DNA of 62,549 bases, filler included. It is 4 parts of 4 records of this genome, joined end to end, with 100 filler letters (N's around TTAATTAATTAA, not from the genome) between each part and the next. Parts side by side here need not be neighbours in the genome. Positions count along the whole stretch, not along the records: positions 5,672 to 14,364 come from DRR378314_1273; positions 14,465 to 36,925 come from DRR378314_1274; 2 more parts are not named here. One strand, given 5' to 3'. Below the pieces are notes generated by a model, which was given only the letters and a program-made list of their open reading frames with translations, was not told where the DNA came from and did not search any database. How positions within the stretch are numbered: the stretch's first letter is position 1; every line of letters begins with the position of its first letter. A program made the position numbers and the translations under genes. Shown in pieces: positions 10,002-22,465 of this stretch.

Positions 10002-12112
10002 ATGAAAATTCGCGCAGGTGCTGTGTCTCCCGGAATGCTTGTGGCGATCCGCGGCCGACGGAACACGGTAAAAAGTGTGGAGAAGCACAAGAAACGGTAC
10101 ATTGTCAGCTGCGAGGACCTGCTCTCTGGTGAGGTCGTCGAGGCCGTCTTCAACGAAGACCAACGCGTCTCGTGGGCACTCCGCGAGCAAATGGTACGCA
10201 AAAGAGATATGTATTCTGTGTGCGCCAGTAATCACTCTTGTCAGTACATGCGTATATATTTGAAGTGATGGTGACTGGCCAACGCAGGCAGAAGGCTTTC
10301 CCAGCGTACAACGAGCAGGCGCGCCGCAACCCGCTGCCAACTCTTCGGCTCGCCGCTGTCCTTCGCGCGCACGGAGAGGACCGCGGCGCACTGTTCGTCG
10401 CCACACAGAAACGACGTACAGCTCCCTGTTACGCCCATGCTTCTTCCCCGCGCCACGTCGTACATTTCTCCTCTAAGATCATTATTTCTTCACGTTTCAT
10501 GACAAACCTGTTGCGATCTAAAAATGGGCTTTGTTTTTCTGCGAACGGAATCGTCCTCCTCATTTATTTTCTCGCGTTGCTTCGGCAATCACACGTGTTC
10601 GCTGGGCGCTTTTGTACGTTGGTGCGCACACAGCTGCTGAGTCGCCTCACCGACGAGGACGTGACGAAAGCGAGAAAACTTTTCCTTGCAATCGATCGAA
10701 GTGCAACGGGTATGTGTCGCTGCTATCGCAGCGAATAGGATACAAATAATATGGTTATTATAGAAAGGGACCGGACTACGTAGGGAGGCGTATGCGACGC
10801 GCACGAGAAGCACGGCGCGGAACCGTTTGCGCACCGGCCTCGCGCGCTGCGCCGAACCCAACGAAATCCATGTGGATTGCGAACACGTTGCGAAAAGCTA
10901 GGCAAGATGTGTACTGGCGTTGCTCTGTAGCAAGTGCTCGCTACCTTTACAATCAACGGAGCGTACCTTACGATAGTATTTAATATACCTGTTCTTACCA
11001 GGTGGAATCGGGGCGCTCGAAATATACCACATCTCCGAGCAGCTAATGGGTCGACAGATTTCGCGCGACGAGGCCAAAAGGTGCGGTCAGGCTGCTTGCG
11101 CTCCTCAACTGCTACTCGCCGGCTGTGCGTGAAACGTCAAGGTGACTCACTCGCGGTGGTTTCTTCCTTCGTGTGCGTTTGTCGCCATTCATTGCTGCAG
11201 ATGGGTAGAGCATTATGATAATGATAAGAACAACGAAGTTGGGTTCGCGGAGTTTCTCAGGTACGCACAGTATATGCGCAGGAGCTCACGTCGACCAGCG
11301 CTTGGCTCCTGCGTGCGCGCTGTGCAGCAAGTAACAAGGCGCTGCTTGCTATGTCTGTTCCTGCGCTTTCCTCCCAACGGGATGTGCCGCATGCCCTTCC
11401 CCCTCTGCAGTCTCCAGTGATCAGTTTTCCATACAGTGGCGGTTTTTTACGCTGTACGCTCTAGCACAGCAAGTAATGTCGCGTCTCTGGCACGGCCGTC
11501 AGTGCAAGGTTTGACGGATGTGTTTTTCACTGCTGCGCAAAACGTGGTCTGGACGTTCCTGTTCCGCCTCGGTGCCCAGCGTCTGGGCTCATCTCAAGTA
11601 TCGCCACACAAAGAACGACGAGATTCGTGAGTTTTTCGCACAGTTTGATTCACGAAAAACGGGGAAAATAACGTTCACAGAGCTGCAACTTGCGCTTTCG
11701 CATCTAGCGGGGACGGACGTCAGCGACAAGCAGGTATTTTTCAAAGCTCCTGAGCCTCTGTGCAGCGCAACCACGTGCGCGCTCGCTATGCAGACGGCGG
11801 GATCTGCGCGGGTGCCTTTAACCCTCCCTTTGATGAGAGCTCCCATCATAATACTGTGTGCGAATGACCTAAGTTTGCATCATTCTTGCACTGAGAGCAA
11901 GTGTCTGGCTGTTGCGCACAACGTCACCGAACGCTTCGCGTCATGACATTATCTGCCCCCTCTGTTTTCCTTCTTGTTGCAAACGCTGATAACACTTGCA
12001 CGGGTGGCGGAAAAATAAGGTGAGTGAAATCTTTGCGGCAGCGGATACAAACCAGGACGGGTGTGTTGACCTCGACGAGTTCCGCGATACGCTGATGGAA
12101 GTCGAACTGTAG
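10002..12112 (+). CDS. EF-P/eIF5A-like N-terminal domain fused to a four-EF-hand calmodulin/centrin-like domain (217 aa, 6 exons)
   Basis: Exons 10002-10193, 10634-10709, 11002-11080, 11201-11260, 11580-11733, 12020-12112, all GT-AG and phase-consistent. EF loops DRSATGGIGALE, DNDKNNEVGFAE, DSRKTGKITFTE, DTNQDGCVDLDE. The EF-hand part is secure; the N-domain assignment is pattern-based. Confidence 0.8.
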
Positions 12113-12243
12113 GCACAAAGCACAGGAAGTGGCAATGCACTCTCCCTGCGCACGATCGATGCCGTGCTCCTGCTTGTGCTTGCACGCCCCGGCAGGCAGC
12201 GCCCTCTGTGCGCCGCTGCGACAGATATTAAATACAAACCAGT

Positions 12244-14020
12244 TTACGGCACCAGGTGGGATGCCTACGGAGTACAAAGCAAGTGGAAGCGCAAGTCGCA
12301 CAAGGTACCATGTCCAGCTCCTCGGCGAGCTGGAGCTTTCGAATGGACGCCTGAACGCGGCAATGCCCAGCTCTCACGAATACCTTGCGAGCGGCCAAGG
12401 CGTCGCCACGAGCGTCTGTCTCGAAACGCGACGCTTTGCGACGAAGTTTCTTTTTTCTCACAATTTATTTTATGAAACAAAGGGAAAATCACTGAGGAAA
12501 AAAACCACGAGTGGACACCGACGAGAAGTATTTATTTCCACGCACTCATCGAAAGCTCTGCAATCTCCGACCGGCGTAGCACCTGGCGGCGGATCTACAG
12601 TCTATCGTGAGCATAGCCCGCGCGACAGAAGCGTGTCAGGCTTTGCTGACGAGAATAGAGCACGACAATGTCAACAGTCGAGTGATGCTTCCAGATATAG
12701 TACTATTTCCCGCACATGCGTAGACCTAACTTAAGTCCTTTTGGCGGTGGCGCAAACGGTGCGCGCGCTTGCACGATCAGCCATGGCACAAAGGCGGAGG
12801 AGACCCGCCTGAGGAAAAGGATACCTCGCACTCCTCGCCATCGCTCATCTCCCATGCCCCTTCATCGAGCCGCATGAGAGCTCGTGCACACAGTTTACAG
12901 ATACGCACTGGGCCATTATATATATGCATACGTACTACCGCCTGCGCAAAAATTCGCCGCACAAGCACCGCAGAGTCGCCCCGTCATACTTCGCCTTACG
13001 TTTTACAACCGGCAAAGTGAAAGCCCACTCGAACCCAGATAAAGTGGCACGCGCGCTCTGCCCAGCTTCCACACCGTAGAACGAGCAAGCATCGTCCAAA
13101 TACAGGCATTAAGGGGATTTCATCGTTATATCGTATGTACTTAGGCAGAGGAATCTTCAGTAAAGCGCGCTCAGCAGCAGGCGGCTCCCGCAACAAACCC
13201 ACAAGAGCGAGCAGCAAAAGCGGCAGTGCCGCCAGCCCGCAATATCGACATGTCCAACCGGCTTTGTAGCAAGGGTTCTTTCTGCCTATGCGCACCTCAA
13301 ATTTCGTGCATGTCGCACAGTAAATTCCACCGCAATTGCGACAGTGATGCCTTCGATGTGTAAATGAAAATGTCTGTTCGAAAGTGAAATGGATTACAAG
13401 GGGAGAGACAAGTCAGTCCTCACCATGCGCTCACAGCACGCCCCGATTGCGGCGTACCCCCCGAGGCGACTCGATTGCATGATGGGAGCCTTCGCGGGTA
13501 CCATCTACGACAGCAACGAACGCGCCAGGCATGATTCGCACTATCTGTAACACATTTTGCTACGTTGCAGAAAAAAGATCACATGATACTTGAAGAGCAG
13601 AAGAGAGCATCCTGCACGCTGCAGCAGGAGCTGTGCCCAGCGTCTTCCCCGCCCCCTGCCTCGCCCCTGCTCTCGACACGCCAAGGTGCACCGCTTCTTG
13701 GTCTGGCCGTAGGGAAAACGACAACACCGACAACCCCGCAACGTACATCACTGCACAGTTGACAGCGCGTGACGCTGTTGTCTTCCTGCCACTTTCGTGT
13801 CGCTATACATACGCCGGTAGCGTCAACACTGCATACAGCCCACCCCGGGAGAAGGCTACTCTGGCTGCTGCTTGGCCTGGGAGTGTGCCGCGCCGCGTGG
13901 GCTGGTACTGCACCGTCCTCACCGGAAACTACTACTGTTGCGACGCCGCTCCCTTGCAACGCCACAAGCAGAGTGCCCTCGCGGGCGCCAATAGCTTCCG
14001 CAGGTCGGACCAGTGGAATC
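12244..14020 (-). CDS. FYVE zinc-finger protein C-terminal part (ALFY/WDFY3-like), 5' part beyond contig edge
   Basis: Exons 13802-13747, 13373-13296, 12941-12825 splice in phase to KWQEDNSVTRCQLCSD-TFSFTHRRHHCRNCGGIYCATCTKFE-AVVRMHIYNGPVRICKLC, giving all FYVE motifs (WxxD, RRHHCR, RxC). Further phase-compatible exons end at TAA 12244 (tentative). Confidence 0.82.
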
Positions 14021-14364
14021 TACAATAATATCAATTCAAGCGCCACGCATGAATGGTAAGCTGACACACAGCAAACCAAAACAAAACGCGTACACAAGCG
14101 GATTATTCCTGCTGACCATTCTGAGCACCTCGTCCGCACATGCAAAAGCGTGAGATTGCTCTCGTGAGCTTGTCGTAGGGCGAAATGCTGCCGCATCTTG
14201 GTCGCACTCACCCATTTGCCGGGGTATGGGGCAATGCAGGGAGAGGAGGCTATACAAAGGACCTTTTTTTGATGCACATTTTTTATATCGGCCTCTTCCG
14301 AAAGGTCCGGAGTCGGTCAATATTTCCGTCTCGCAGCCTTGGCGGCAGACGTCAATGAAATGTG

Positions 14365-14464
14365 NNNNNNNNNNNNNNNNNNNNNNNNNNNNNNNNNNNN
14401 NNNNNNNNTTAATTAATTAANNNNNNNNNNNNNNNNNNNNNNNNNNNNNNNNNNNNNNNNNNNN
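14365..14464. other. Artificial contig linker
   Basis: N44-TTAATTAATTAA-N44. Confidence 0.97.
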
Positions 14465-14488
14465 CTCTCTCTCTCTCTCTCTCTCTCT
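14465..14488. repeat. (CT)n microsatellite at contig start
   Basis: Uninterrupted CT run next to the gap; a likely cause of the assembly break. Confidence 0.9.
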
Positions 14489-14754
14489 TTCGCTCGCTCT
14501 GCACATAATCACGACAAGACTCTGCATTACCCCTGCTGGATTCCTCACGCACGCGGTGACCCTTGCGGAGTAGTGTTGTGCTCTTCCGTATTTGTTCGGT
14601 ATCGATGTGGCTGTTGGTGTTTCGTTTGTGCGCGATGTGGCTCGATTGTGCTGCGTTTTGCGCGCTTTCTTCATCGCTGCTCTACAGGTAGTGTCCGACG
14701 CTGCGTGCTCTGTTCTCGTTTGTTCGTGCGCGTGATTCTCTCCCTACTCGCAAG

Positions 14755-17700
14755 TGCGCTCGCTGGATATCCCGGACGCGGTGATATGCCTGAGCTGGTT
14801 TATGCAGCATTTCATGCTCGGATTTAAGCGCGACTTTTCCATGATGGACAGCGAAAGCGGGAGCATCTCCGAGTTGTTCCAGCTCGAGCGCAATGCGCGG
14901 CCTTGTCTCTGCGATACTGAGGAAAATGAGGTACAGTATCTCCTGGGCTCGAACACGCGCATATTTGTACATGTCATCGCTTGCAGCTTTGTCCCATCTT
15001 CGTACATGCGTTCGCAAAAGGAGACGAGGTACTCGTTTTGTGGTGTTTGTTGACTGTCGAGGACTCTCGCACTGCTCAGTTGGGCGTACGAAAGACAGAG
15101 CTCTTCCGCGTTTCTCTGCCGTTTATCGCCATGTTCTACCAACGTTGATTTTTTTCCACAGGAGTACGACATAGACCGAGATTTTCTCGTGCACATTGTG
15201 CCGTTCCAGTTCTTTTCCGCCATTTTGTGCGCTCGTTCTCCTGCACGGTGCTCCGTGTCGTGTTAGAGCTGCATGTGCCGTTGTTTACTAGTCGCTGGCT
15301 GGCAGGCAAATGCACGTTTTTTTTTCCTTTTTTCCGATCTCACGCGTTCTCGTTTCTTCACGTTCGCGTGCGTGTGTATTGTTGTCTGTATGTTTCTTGC
15401 TTTGTCGTCATCCCTGTTCCGGTCTGTCGGCCGCAGGTCGCGCTCTGCACCGATACGACGGCAAACTTTGTGAATTACAGCGCTGAGCCAACGCGCTCCT
15501 CTATTGCATTTGACGGCACAGTGTCACCGCTCTTTGTGAGCTACTCGCGTCCGTATCTCCTTGTTTGCATGGCAAAGGTGCGCTTGGGATGGGGCGAACG
15601 CGGAGGAGCTACGTGGACCTGTGCGCTGTTGTTGCCCTGCAGCGCGACATCACTGTCGTTCTCGTGCGGAAAGTGCCTCGGTTTTCCGCGTCGGACTCGC
15701 CCAAGCCTCTTACCGTCGCATACATTTCGTTCTCTGATCACCGCGAACCCTGATGTACAGACAATCGACGTCTTTAATATATTCGACCAGAAGAAACTGC
15801 AGACGATCAATTTCAACAACGCGGCGGCGACGGCGAGCGACGGCAGCCGCGTACGTTTGCGTTCGTTGTGCTTCTGTGAGCGCTTCAACTCTATACATCT
15901 TCGCTTACGTATCGGCAACAAGTTGGTATTCATAGCGTGCGTTGTGCAGTGTGTAGAAAGGGTTTGTGTCCGTTTGTGGGCCCATGTAGCGCGTACTCTG
16001 AGTGGCAGCGGGGCGAAGTGGCCGTTCCCTCTCTCGGAGCACGATGATCCACCGCCTTGTCTCCCTGGTCCTCCTCTTCCTCCCGCAGGACGTGATTAAT
16101 CGATCCTCCTTGGCTCTCTGTGCGCAAGTGGCTGGTTTCGTACCGCCCTTGCGGTCGTGTATTGCTGCGCACGCGTGTACGCAGAGTGCCGCTGCTAACC
16201 CACGTCGAATTTTTGCCGCGGAATCCTGCAGGTATTTGTTGCGAATGTGGGTCGCGTGTTCTGCCTGGAGCCGATCCCGTTCCAAGAGCAAGTGCAAGAG
16301 CTTGTTCAGTCGAAACGCGTTGAAGAGGCTTTGCAGCTCTTCAATCTTTCCACTACCATCAAAGGGAAGCCGCGCGAAGAGGCGGAGCGGTCTATTTATC
16401 GGTACGGAAGGCGGCGAGCGCGAGCGTAGAGCACGACACTGTCGCACGTGCGTCGCTTCCACATCACACAGATTCGCCGCGATCCCACCGCGCAGTCCGC
16501 GATCACTACGCAGCGCGCAGAGATCGCGTAGGGAGGAAGACGATCGCGAATAGGGTGTATTGGGTCCCTTGGAGGGCGCGCGGCGGTTCCGCAATGACCC
16601 GCTTCTGGCACCGAGTTTCCCCCTCCGCTCGCTGCGAGTGCGCTCTCGTGGTCCGCTGCGAGCTCGGTGTAGGATGTAGCTACATGTACGCGTGTGGATG
16701 GACCAAAACAGTACAGCAGTGCTGTCAATGCGCTCTGTCATGTTTTCGCAGCTCTTCTTTGTTTCTCTGCGTTTATTCGAGTGATGTGCACCACGCTTTG
16801 TCGTAGGCGAAACAGCGCACTCGTTGCATCGCGGCGAAGAGTCGAGGTTTCACACTTGTCGCGACGATGCAGCGTTGTACTCCGGAGTTGATTCGACGCG
16901 AATCGCCGTCGCGTAGCGCAGCAGTTGCCGTTTCCACGCAATACGAGTGCCGATGCGCGTTACACGCGTCCTGTACATTAATTTCCGCATTGTCTACGTT
17001 TATCTGCGTGCAGGCACGCGGGATTCGTGATGTTTCACGATCTGCAGTTTAAGCAGGCGAAAGAGTACTTTCTGAAAGCGGAGCTGAGCGCGAACGAGGT
17101 ATTGCAGTACGTACCGGACGTTCTTCCGAAAGGATCGCGCATAAAAGCTGCTGAGAAAACGCTGAAAGACATTGTGGAGGAAGGAGTTTCTTCGCGGTCG
17201 TGGATCGACGATCCTACGGCGTCGAAGGAAAAGGTATGTTTGGCCGTAATGATACTCATACTTTTCTTTTCCTGTTCTTTGTTGGTGTATTCATGTGCTC
17301 CGATCCCGCTGTGCGCTGCGTTTGGGCGAGCGAGAGGGACGACAGGAGGACTCGTTGTGTTTGTCGCCGCTCAATGAAACGCGATGTGGTGCGCGTTTCT
17401 CTCTCTTTCGCGCGCGCGTCGTAACGCTTCGACTCATGGATTGGACATGGCCGCAACATTGACGCGCTCCCTTTCCGTTCCGTGGATCCGCACCGCGTGC
17501 AGTTTATGATGGAGGGTCGATTCTACATTGCTGCGTTTCTGAAGACGATGCGCCAGCGACTCGTGTCGCAGAATCGCGAGGGCGAGCTCGAGGTTGCCGA
17601 TACATCGCTCTGCCTTCTCATTGCGCAGATGCACGCGTCCAAGCTGCGCGAAAAGGAGGCGAAGAAACCGCAGGAGCTCACAAACATTGAGCTGTTTCTC

Positions 17701-19270
17701 GACCGAAAGAACTCTGTCTCTGTCCGCGACGTCGCCCCGGCGCTCGAGCGCCACGGCCTGTTCAACGCGCTGGCGCTCTTGTACAAGTCGCGCGGCGACA
17801 CGGTCAAGGCGCTCGAGATGTGGAAGCGACTCGGCGAAGGCAAGGTGCAGGAGCCGCATCGCGACGGCATTGCGCCGACAATTGAGCTTCTGCAGTCTAT
17901 GGACGACTCGGACTTGCTGTGGTCGTTTTCTCCGTGGGTGCTCGCGCGAGACGCGCAGGCGGCGCTCGCTATTTTCACCTCGACGGTGCGCGAGCGGCCG
18001 CTGAGTCCTGACAAGGTCCTCGATTTCCTCAGCGCTCGCTCGCCGCTGCTCTTCCAGCAGTATCTCGAGCACGTTGTGTACGAGCTCGACCACCCGGACG
18101 AGAAGTACCACACCCGCCTCGCTCTCTCGTACATCAGCAATATTCTCGCGGCGCTCCCGCAGGGTGTCGCGCCGAGCTCGCCCGAGGCGCGCATGGCGTT
18201 CCTGTCCGCGCCGGAGGGAAGCGAAATCCAGACGAAGCGCGCGCTTCTCGCGCGATTTCTCGAGGAGCGGAACTTTTACGATTCGTTCACGCTCCTCACG
18301 CAAATCCGCGCGACGGCTCTGTACGAGGAAGCCGTCATTCTGTACCGCAAGGCGCGCAAGCACGAGGAGGCGCTGCGCACGATTGTGCGCAAAATCGGCG
18401 ATCTCGGGCTGGCGGAGACGTACTGCCTTGCCCAGGCGGACGCCGGCGTGACAACCGAGACGCTCCTTCTCACGTTTTTGCGAACGATGCTGGACACCGA
18501 GGGCGGCACCGTTGCGCCACTGCACGACGCGGTGATCGTGCTGCTCGAGTCGCACGCGGACAAGTTTGACCCGGAGATGGTGCTCGAGACGCTGCCGCCG
18601 ACCACTTCGGTGGCGTCAACCGCTGCGTTCCTGCAAAAGGTACGAGTTGCGCGGTGCGGCACGTCGGAAGGCGCGCGCGCGATGGGATGCGCGACGATCT
18701 GCGTCCGCTGCGCGGCACTGTCGGTTCGCGGCGACGCGCGACGCGGCGTTTCTCCCGCTTGGCCGCGCCGACGGCATGCAGCTGCGCGCTTGTGCGCGGG
18801 TTTGGACGCCGTGGTCCCCGTGCGTGCTGCGCATAAGCGCTGCTAGTGTCACGGGGTAGAATAGGGCGGCGGTGTCCTCGTGCGCCGTGCGCGGCTCCGC
18901 CTGATGAGTTCGGCGCTGCTGTGCTGCGGCTTTCCCTCCTCTCGCCCCTGCGCCTCGTGCGATGCTGCAGGTGATTCGCTCGCGCGTCACGAAGCGCCGT
19001 GGAGCCGAAATCGAGAAGAACCTCGCAAAGATTGAGAGCCTCACCGTGCGCATGGACGCGCTTCGCATTCAAACTCGCAGTGCGGTTGTCACTAAGGACA
19101 CGGTGTGCGCTGTCTGCGGGAACAAGATCGACAACGTGTTTGTATGCTATCCGAACTATGTCATGGTGCATTTCAAGTGCCACAAGCAGCGACATATTTG
19201 CCCCGTAACCGGTCGCAATTTCGAGCAGGAGAACCCCACGCTCCGCGGAGCTCCATCGACGAAAGCATAG
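14755..19270 (+). CDS. Vps3/TGFBRAP1-like (Vam6/Vps39 family) CORVET/HOPS subunit, 5' truncated
   Basis: CNH-like exons (LDIPDAVICLSW..GFKRDFSMMD; YSRPYLLV; IDVFNIFDQKKLQTI), QEQVQELVQSKRVEEAL, HAGFVMFHDLQFKQAKEYF (TGFBRAP1-like), large exon 17503-18639 (YHTRLALSY, LYEEAVILY..HEEAL), last exon 18971-19270 with CAVCGNKI..YPN..VHFKC..CPVTGRNF. Confidence 0.88.
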
Positions 19271-19287
19271 CGCGCGCGCGCGCGCGC
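19270..19287. repeat. (GC)9 alternating purine-pyrimidine tract
   Basis: gcgcgcgcgcgcgcgcgc begins at the last base of the Vps3 stop codon. Confidence 0.85.
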
Positions 19288-20395
19288 ATGCGAGGAGCTT
19301 CGCGAACTTGTCGGCTGGCCTCGCCTGTGCCGATGCGCGGGGTGCGGGGAATACACGAAATGCCGCTCTGCCCCCGTCCCCGCTATCTCCGGCGGCGCTC
19401 GGGCAGGCCACCGCTCCGCTCCGAATGCCGCTAGCGCTGTGTGTCACAGGCTGTGGCACTAGGTTGCGGTGGAAGCTGGTCAGAGGCAGAGGAATAAGAG
19501 GCACTGGCTTTCTCCCGTCGCGCGCGTCGGCGGGACTGCGGCGCCTGTTGGTGCGCAGCCCGCGCCGCTCGCTCGCTGCGGCTTCCCGCCCACCTGCACC
19601 GGGGACCGTGGAGCACGAGCGCGACACACACTGCGCTGAATCCCATGTATTCAACGTGCATAAAGCATCGTCATGGCGCAGCAACTGGCGGTTCGCCCGT
19701 TCTGCGTCCCAGGTGCACTACACACACAGCGCGTGCGAGAGAGCCGCTCAACGCTTTCTTCGCTTCTTGGCCGCTGGCGCTTTTGACAGCGAAGTTGCCG
19801 GCTCTGTGCTTTTCGCATCCGTGTCATTTTTGGTTTCCTGCATAGACGCGCCCAAGACTGTGGTCCGTTAACAAATGCGCGCGCCGTCTTTGTCCAACAA
19901 GCACAACACCACGAAACGCACTCGCTCAGCATAACCCAAGTGGGATCTCCAAACAAAGCGGCTGCAATGGGCGGAGCTCAGGCGGCAGCGCAATATGCGT
20001 TGGTGCACGAATATATAAATTGTAGGTAGGTGGCAATGAAATACAAATTGATTCAGCGAACAAGCTTCGAGAAACTCCCCGTCGCCGCTCGGGAGACCGG
20101 CGAGGTGGCGACCGAAACGCTCGTGCGCGATACCGGAAGCACATGCCGGATGGGCGGTTGCACTTGCTCCACTTTTCGCACCTTTTTACCAGGGTCGCTT
20201 TCTCCAAACGCGAGGGTTTGCATCTGAGGTCACCACAAGGTAAGAGCCAAGAACATATTTTACGAACTCTATTAGCATGGAGGAAGGAAACTGCAAAATG
20301 TAAGCTTAACGCGCGAGGCTAGCGTCAGGCCCAACGAAAGTCGTGTATCGCTTGGACTGCGCCGCGAACTCGCTTCAGCAGCTCGCCTGCCCATA

Positions 20396-22465
20396 TTATC
20401 GTACCACTTTCCTGTCTTCTAGCCCAGGAGGGCACGATCTCCTTACGTGAACTCTTGGGCGTGACATGAGCGATTCAGTATTCACAGACCAAAGCTGGGA
20501 CTCGACTACTATGTGGAGTAAGGACACTCTCGGACGTCCATTGCGCATCTTCGTGTGGAAAAGGGAAGGAAGAAAGCATCATAAACGATCAGCGCAAACT
20601 CACTATGCATACCTCTCCAACGCGTTCTTTCAACATCTTGAGAAGCAATTCTTTGTCCTCGACTGTCAAATCCTTGAGACAGCGCTTCGCCAAGTCTTTT
20701 CGCAGTGAGGCATAGTGTTTTTTCTTCAGCCTGATACAGACAGAGAGGATCAAGCACCGCAGAGTTGCCATCGTATCCAACCCGTCAACACAGCGACCAT
20801 TCTTGCTTTCGAAAAAAAGAATATCGCTTCTTGTGCCGCATATAGACAAAAGACGGGAAGGATCCCCGACGAACGCACGCAAACAGGTCCTCTGGTTTCA
20901 CAAGGTCGCACGCCTTGTCCTCGTCGATGCCGTACTGCCGCGAATTCTCCTGCGGGAAGTAATTCGGGAGCCAGAGAGAGCACCACGGTCACGTGCAACG
21001 ACGTTATGATTACAAGTACGCATTGCTCTCGTGCGCGCGAGGTGACGGGCACTGGCAGGCGTGGAGCGCACAGCGCATGCATCACAGGCCCATTGACGAG
21101 AAAAACGAGAAGCAGCGCGCAGACTCTGCGTGCAACAGTATTCTGCACTTTTCTTGTCGGTCTCGTGGCATTCCGCGGGGAGGAAGCGTTTCGCACCTCC
21201 CATTTCTCCTGTAACGCCTCTTTCGTAGGATAGGCACCATCATTTACAATAATTCCATTCTTGAGCCGAACCGCTTCGCACTGCGCGAGAGGATGAGAAC
21301 GGAATGGGGCGCAACGAAGCAGTGCTGAGGACAGGAGCGTGTGGAGAATACCGGCGGCGAGATGGCTAGAGGGCCGCGAGGCAGTTTTCATGTCCGGAAT
21401 CGTCAAGTTCGCCCATTCCTCCTCCCCAAGAAAAACAAACCACAAGAGAGGCACAATTATGATTTTCGCTTCAAAATACAGTCAGTTTGATGCAAATCGT
21501 ATTCCTGAGCGAGGGACTTGCGGAGTGGAAAACTGCAGCGCGTTTACGGCCTTGGCGCGAAACGCTCGCGCAAAACAGGTCAGGTGGGAAGCACGTGGAT
21601 ACCTCCATTCGCTCCTCGTTGTTCTTGCGTATTTCCTGCGGATCAAGCCGAATACCAAAGAACTCGCGGATCGACTGCTGCCCAAGCATTCGCTGAGCTT
21701 GCAACACGATCTGCGCCATAGACTGCGTATTTCATGCGCGACGGACAGAAGAACCCCATACTGTGAGGAAAGAGTGCCAAAGTGGCAACGCTCAGACGCT
21801 GCAAGGGAGGGAGGCAGGAAAATATACCGCACAACGCAAAAGGGCTGACTGTACTTCGTGCTAGCGCATCATCCCATTCCACTGAAACAATCTGCTCTGT
21901 ATCATTACTCATGGACGTTGTTGGGTACATACTTTACCGGGAAGAACCTCATTCTCGACTATTTTCGACCACGAGCCGACTCCGTAGCGCATGATGGCCA
22001 AACGGAGGACGTTGCTCTCTTCCTCTGACCAGCCTGCAGCGAGGCGAACGACGCAGCACCGCCGCCAGCGCAAGTGTCACCGCGGAGCTGCCTTTTGTAC
22101 ACTTCCATGCCAGTATTCAGCTCAGGATCGTTATGATTTCAAACATGTGTCAACATGATCGCAAGCGCGGGGCGGGCGCGGCTGGTGTACGAAAGTCCAC
22201 TCCGTGGCGGAAAGTGCGCCGGCGAGTGCTGCCCGCGAGCGCAGCCGCGTCGTACCACATCCACCGCCTCCCTCTTGTACAGGCCGGTGGCAATCGCGCC
22301 CTTGCACTGTCCAGAGCTATAGTTTCAGATATATCAAACAAGCAGAAGAATCTCACGCTTCACCGAGAAGTTGGAAGCATCATCCTCATACGCACCTGGC
22401 GACTGCGTAAAGTTCCATAGCGAGCGACTGTCCGTTGACCGCGGTACGGCGCCGGTGTAGCTCAT
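20396..22465 (-). CDS. p1 / AMTP1 subunit of the MTA1c (AMT1) DNA N6-adenine methyltransferase complex (Myb/homeodomain-like HTH)
   Basis: Exons 22465-22396, 22033-21933, 21722-21603, 21280-21197, 20949-20879, 20730-20613 give RSLWNFTQSPGWSEEESNVLRLAIMRYGVGSWSKIVENEVLPGKSMAQIVLQAQRMLGQQSIREFFGIRLD...RLKNGIIVNDGAYPTKE...ENSRQYGI. This matches recalled ciliate p1 motifs (LWN...SPGW, G.G.W..I, LPGK..Q...Q.QR.LGQQS, KN..I.N.G). The 3' end is tentative: stop at 20396, or an extra exon ending at 20053. Confidence 0.85.

Noticed and set aside
17434-18555. 373-aa minus-strand ORF
   Set aside because: Antisense to the large Vps3 exon; explained by high GC3 codon bias.
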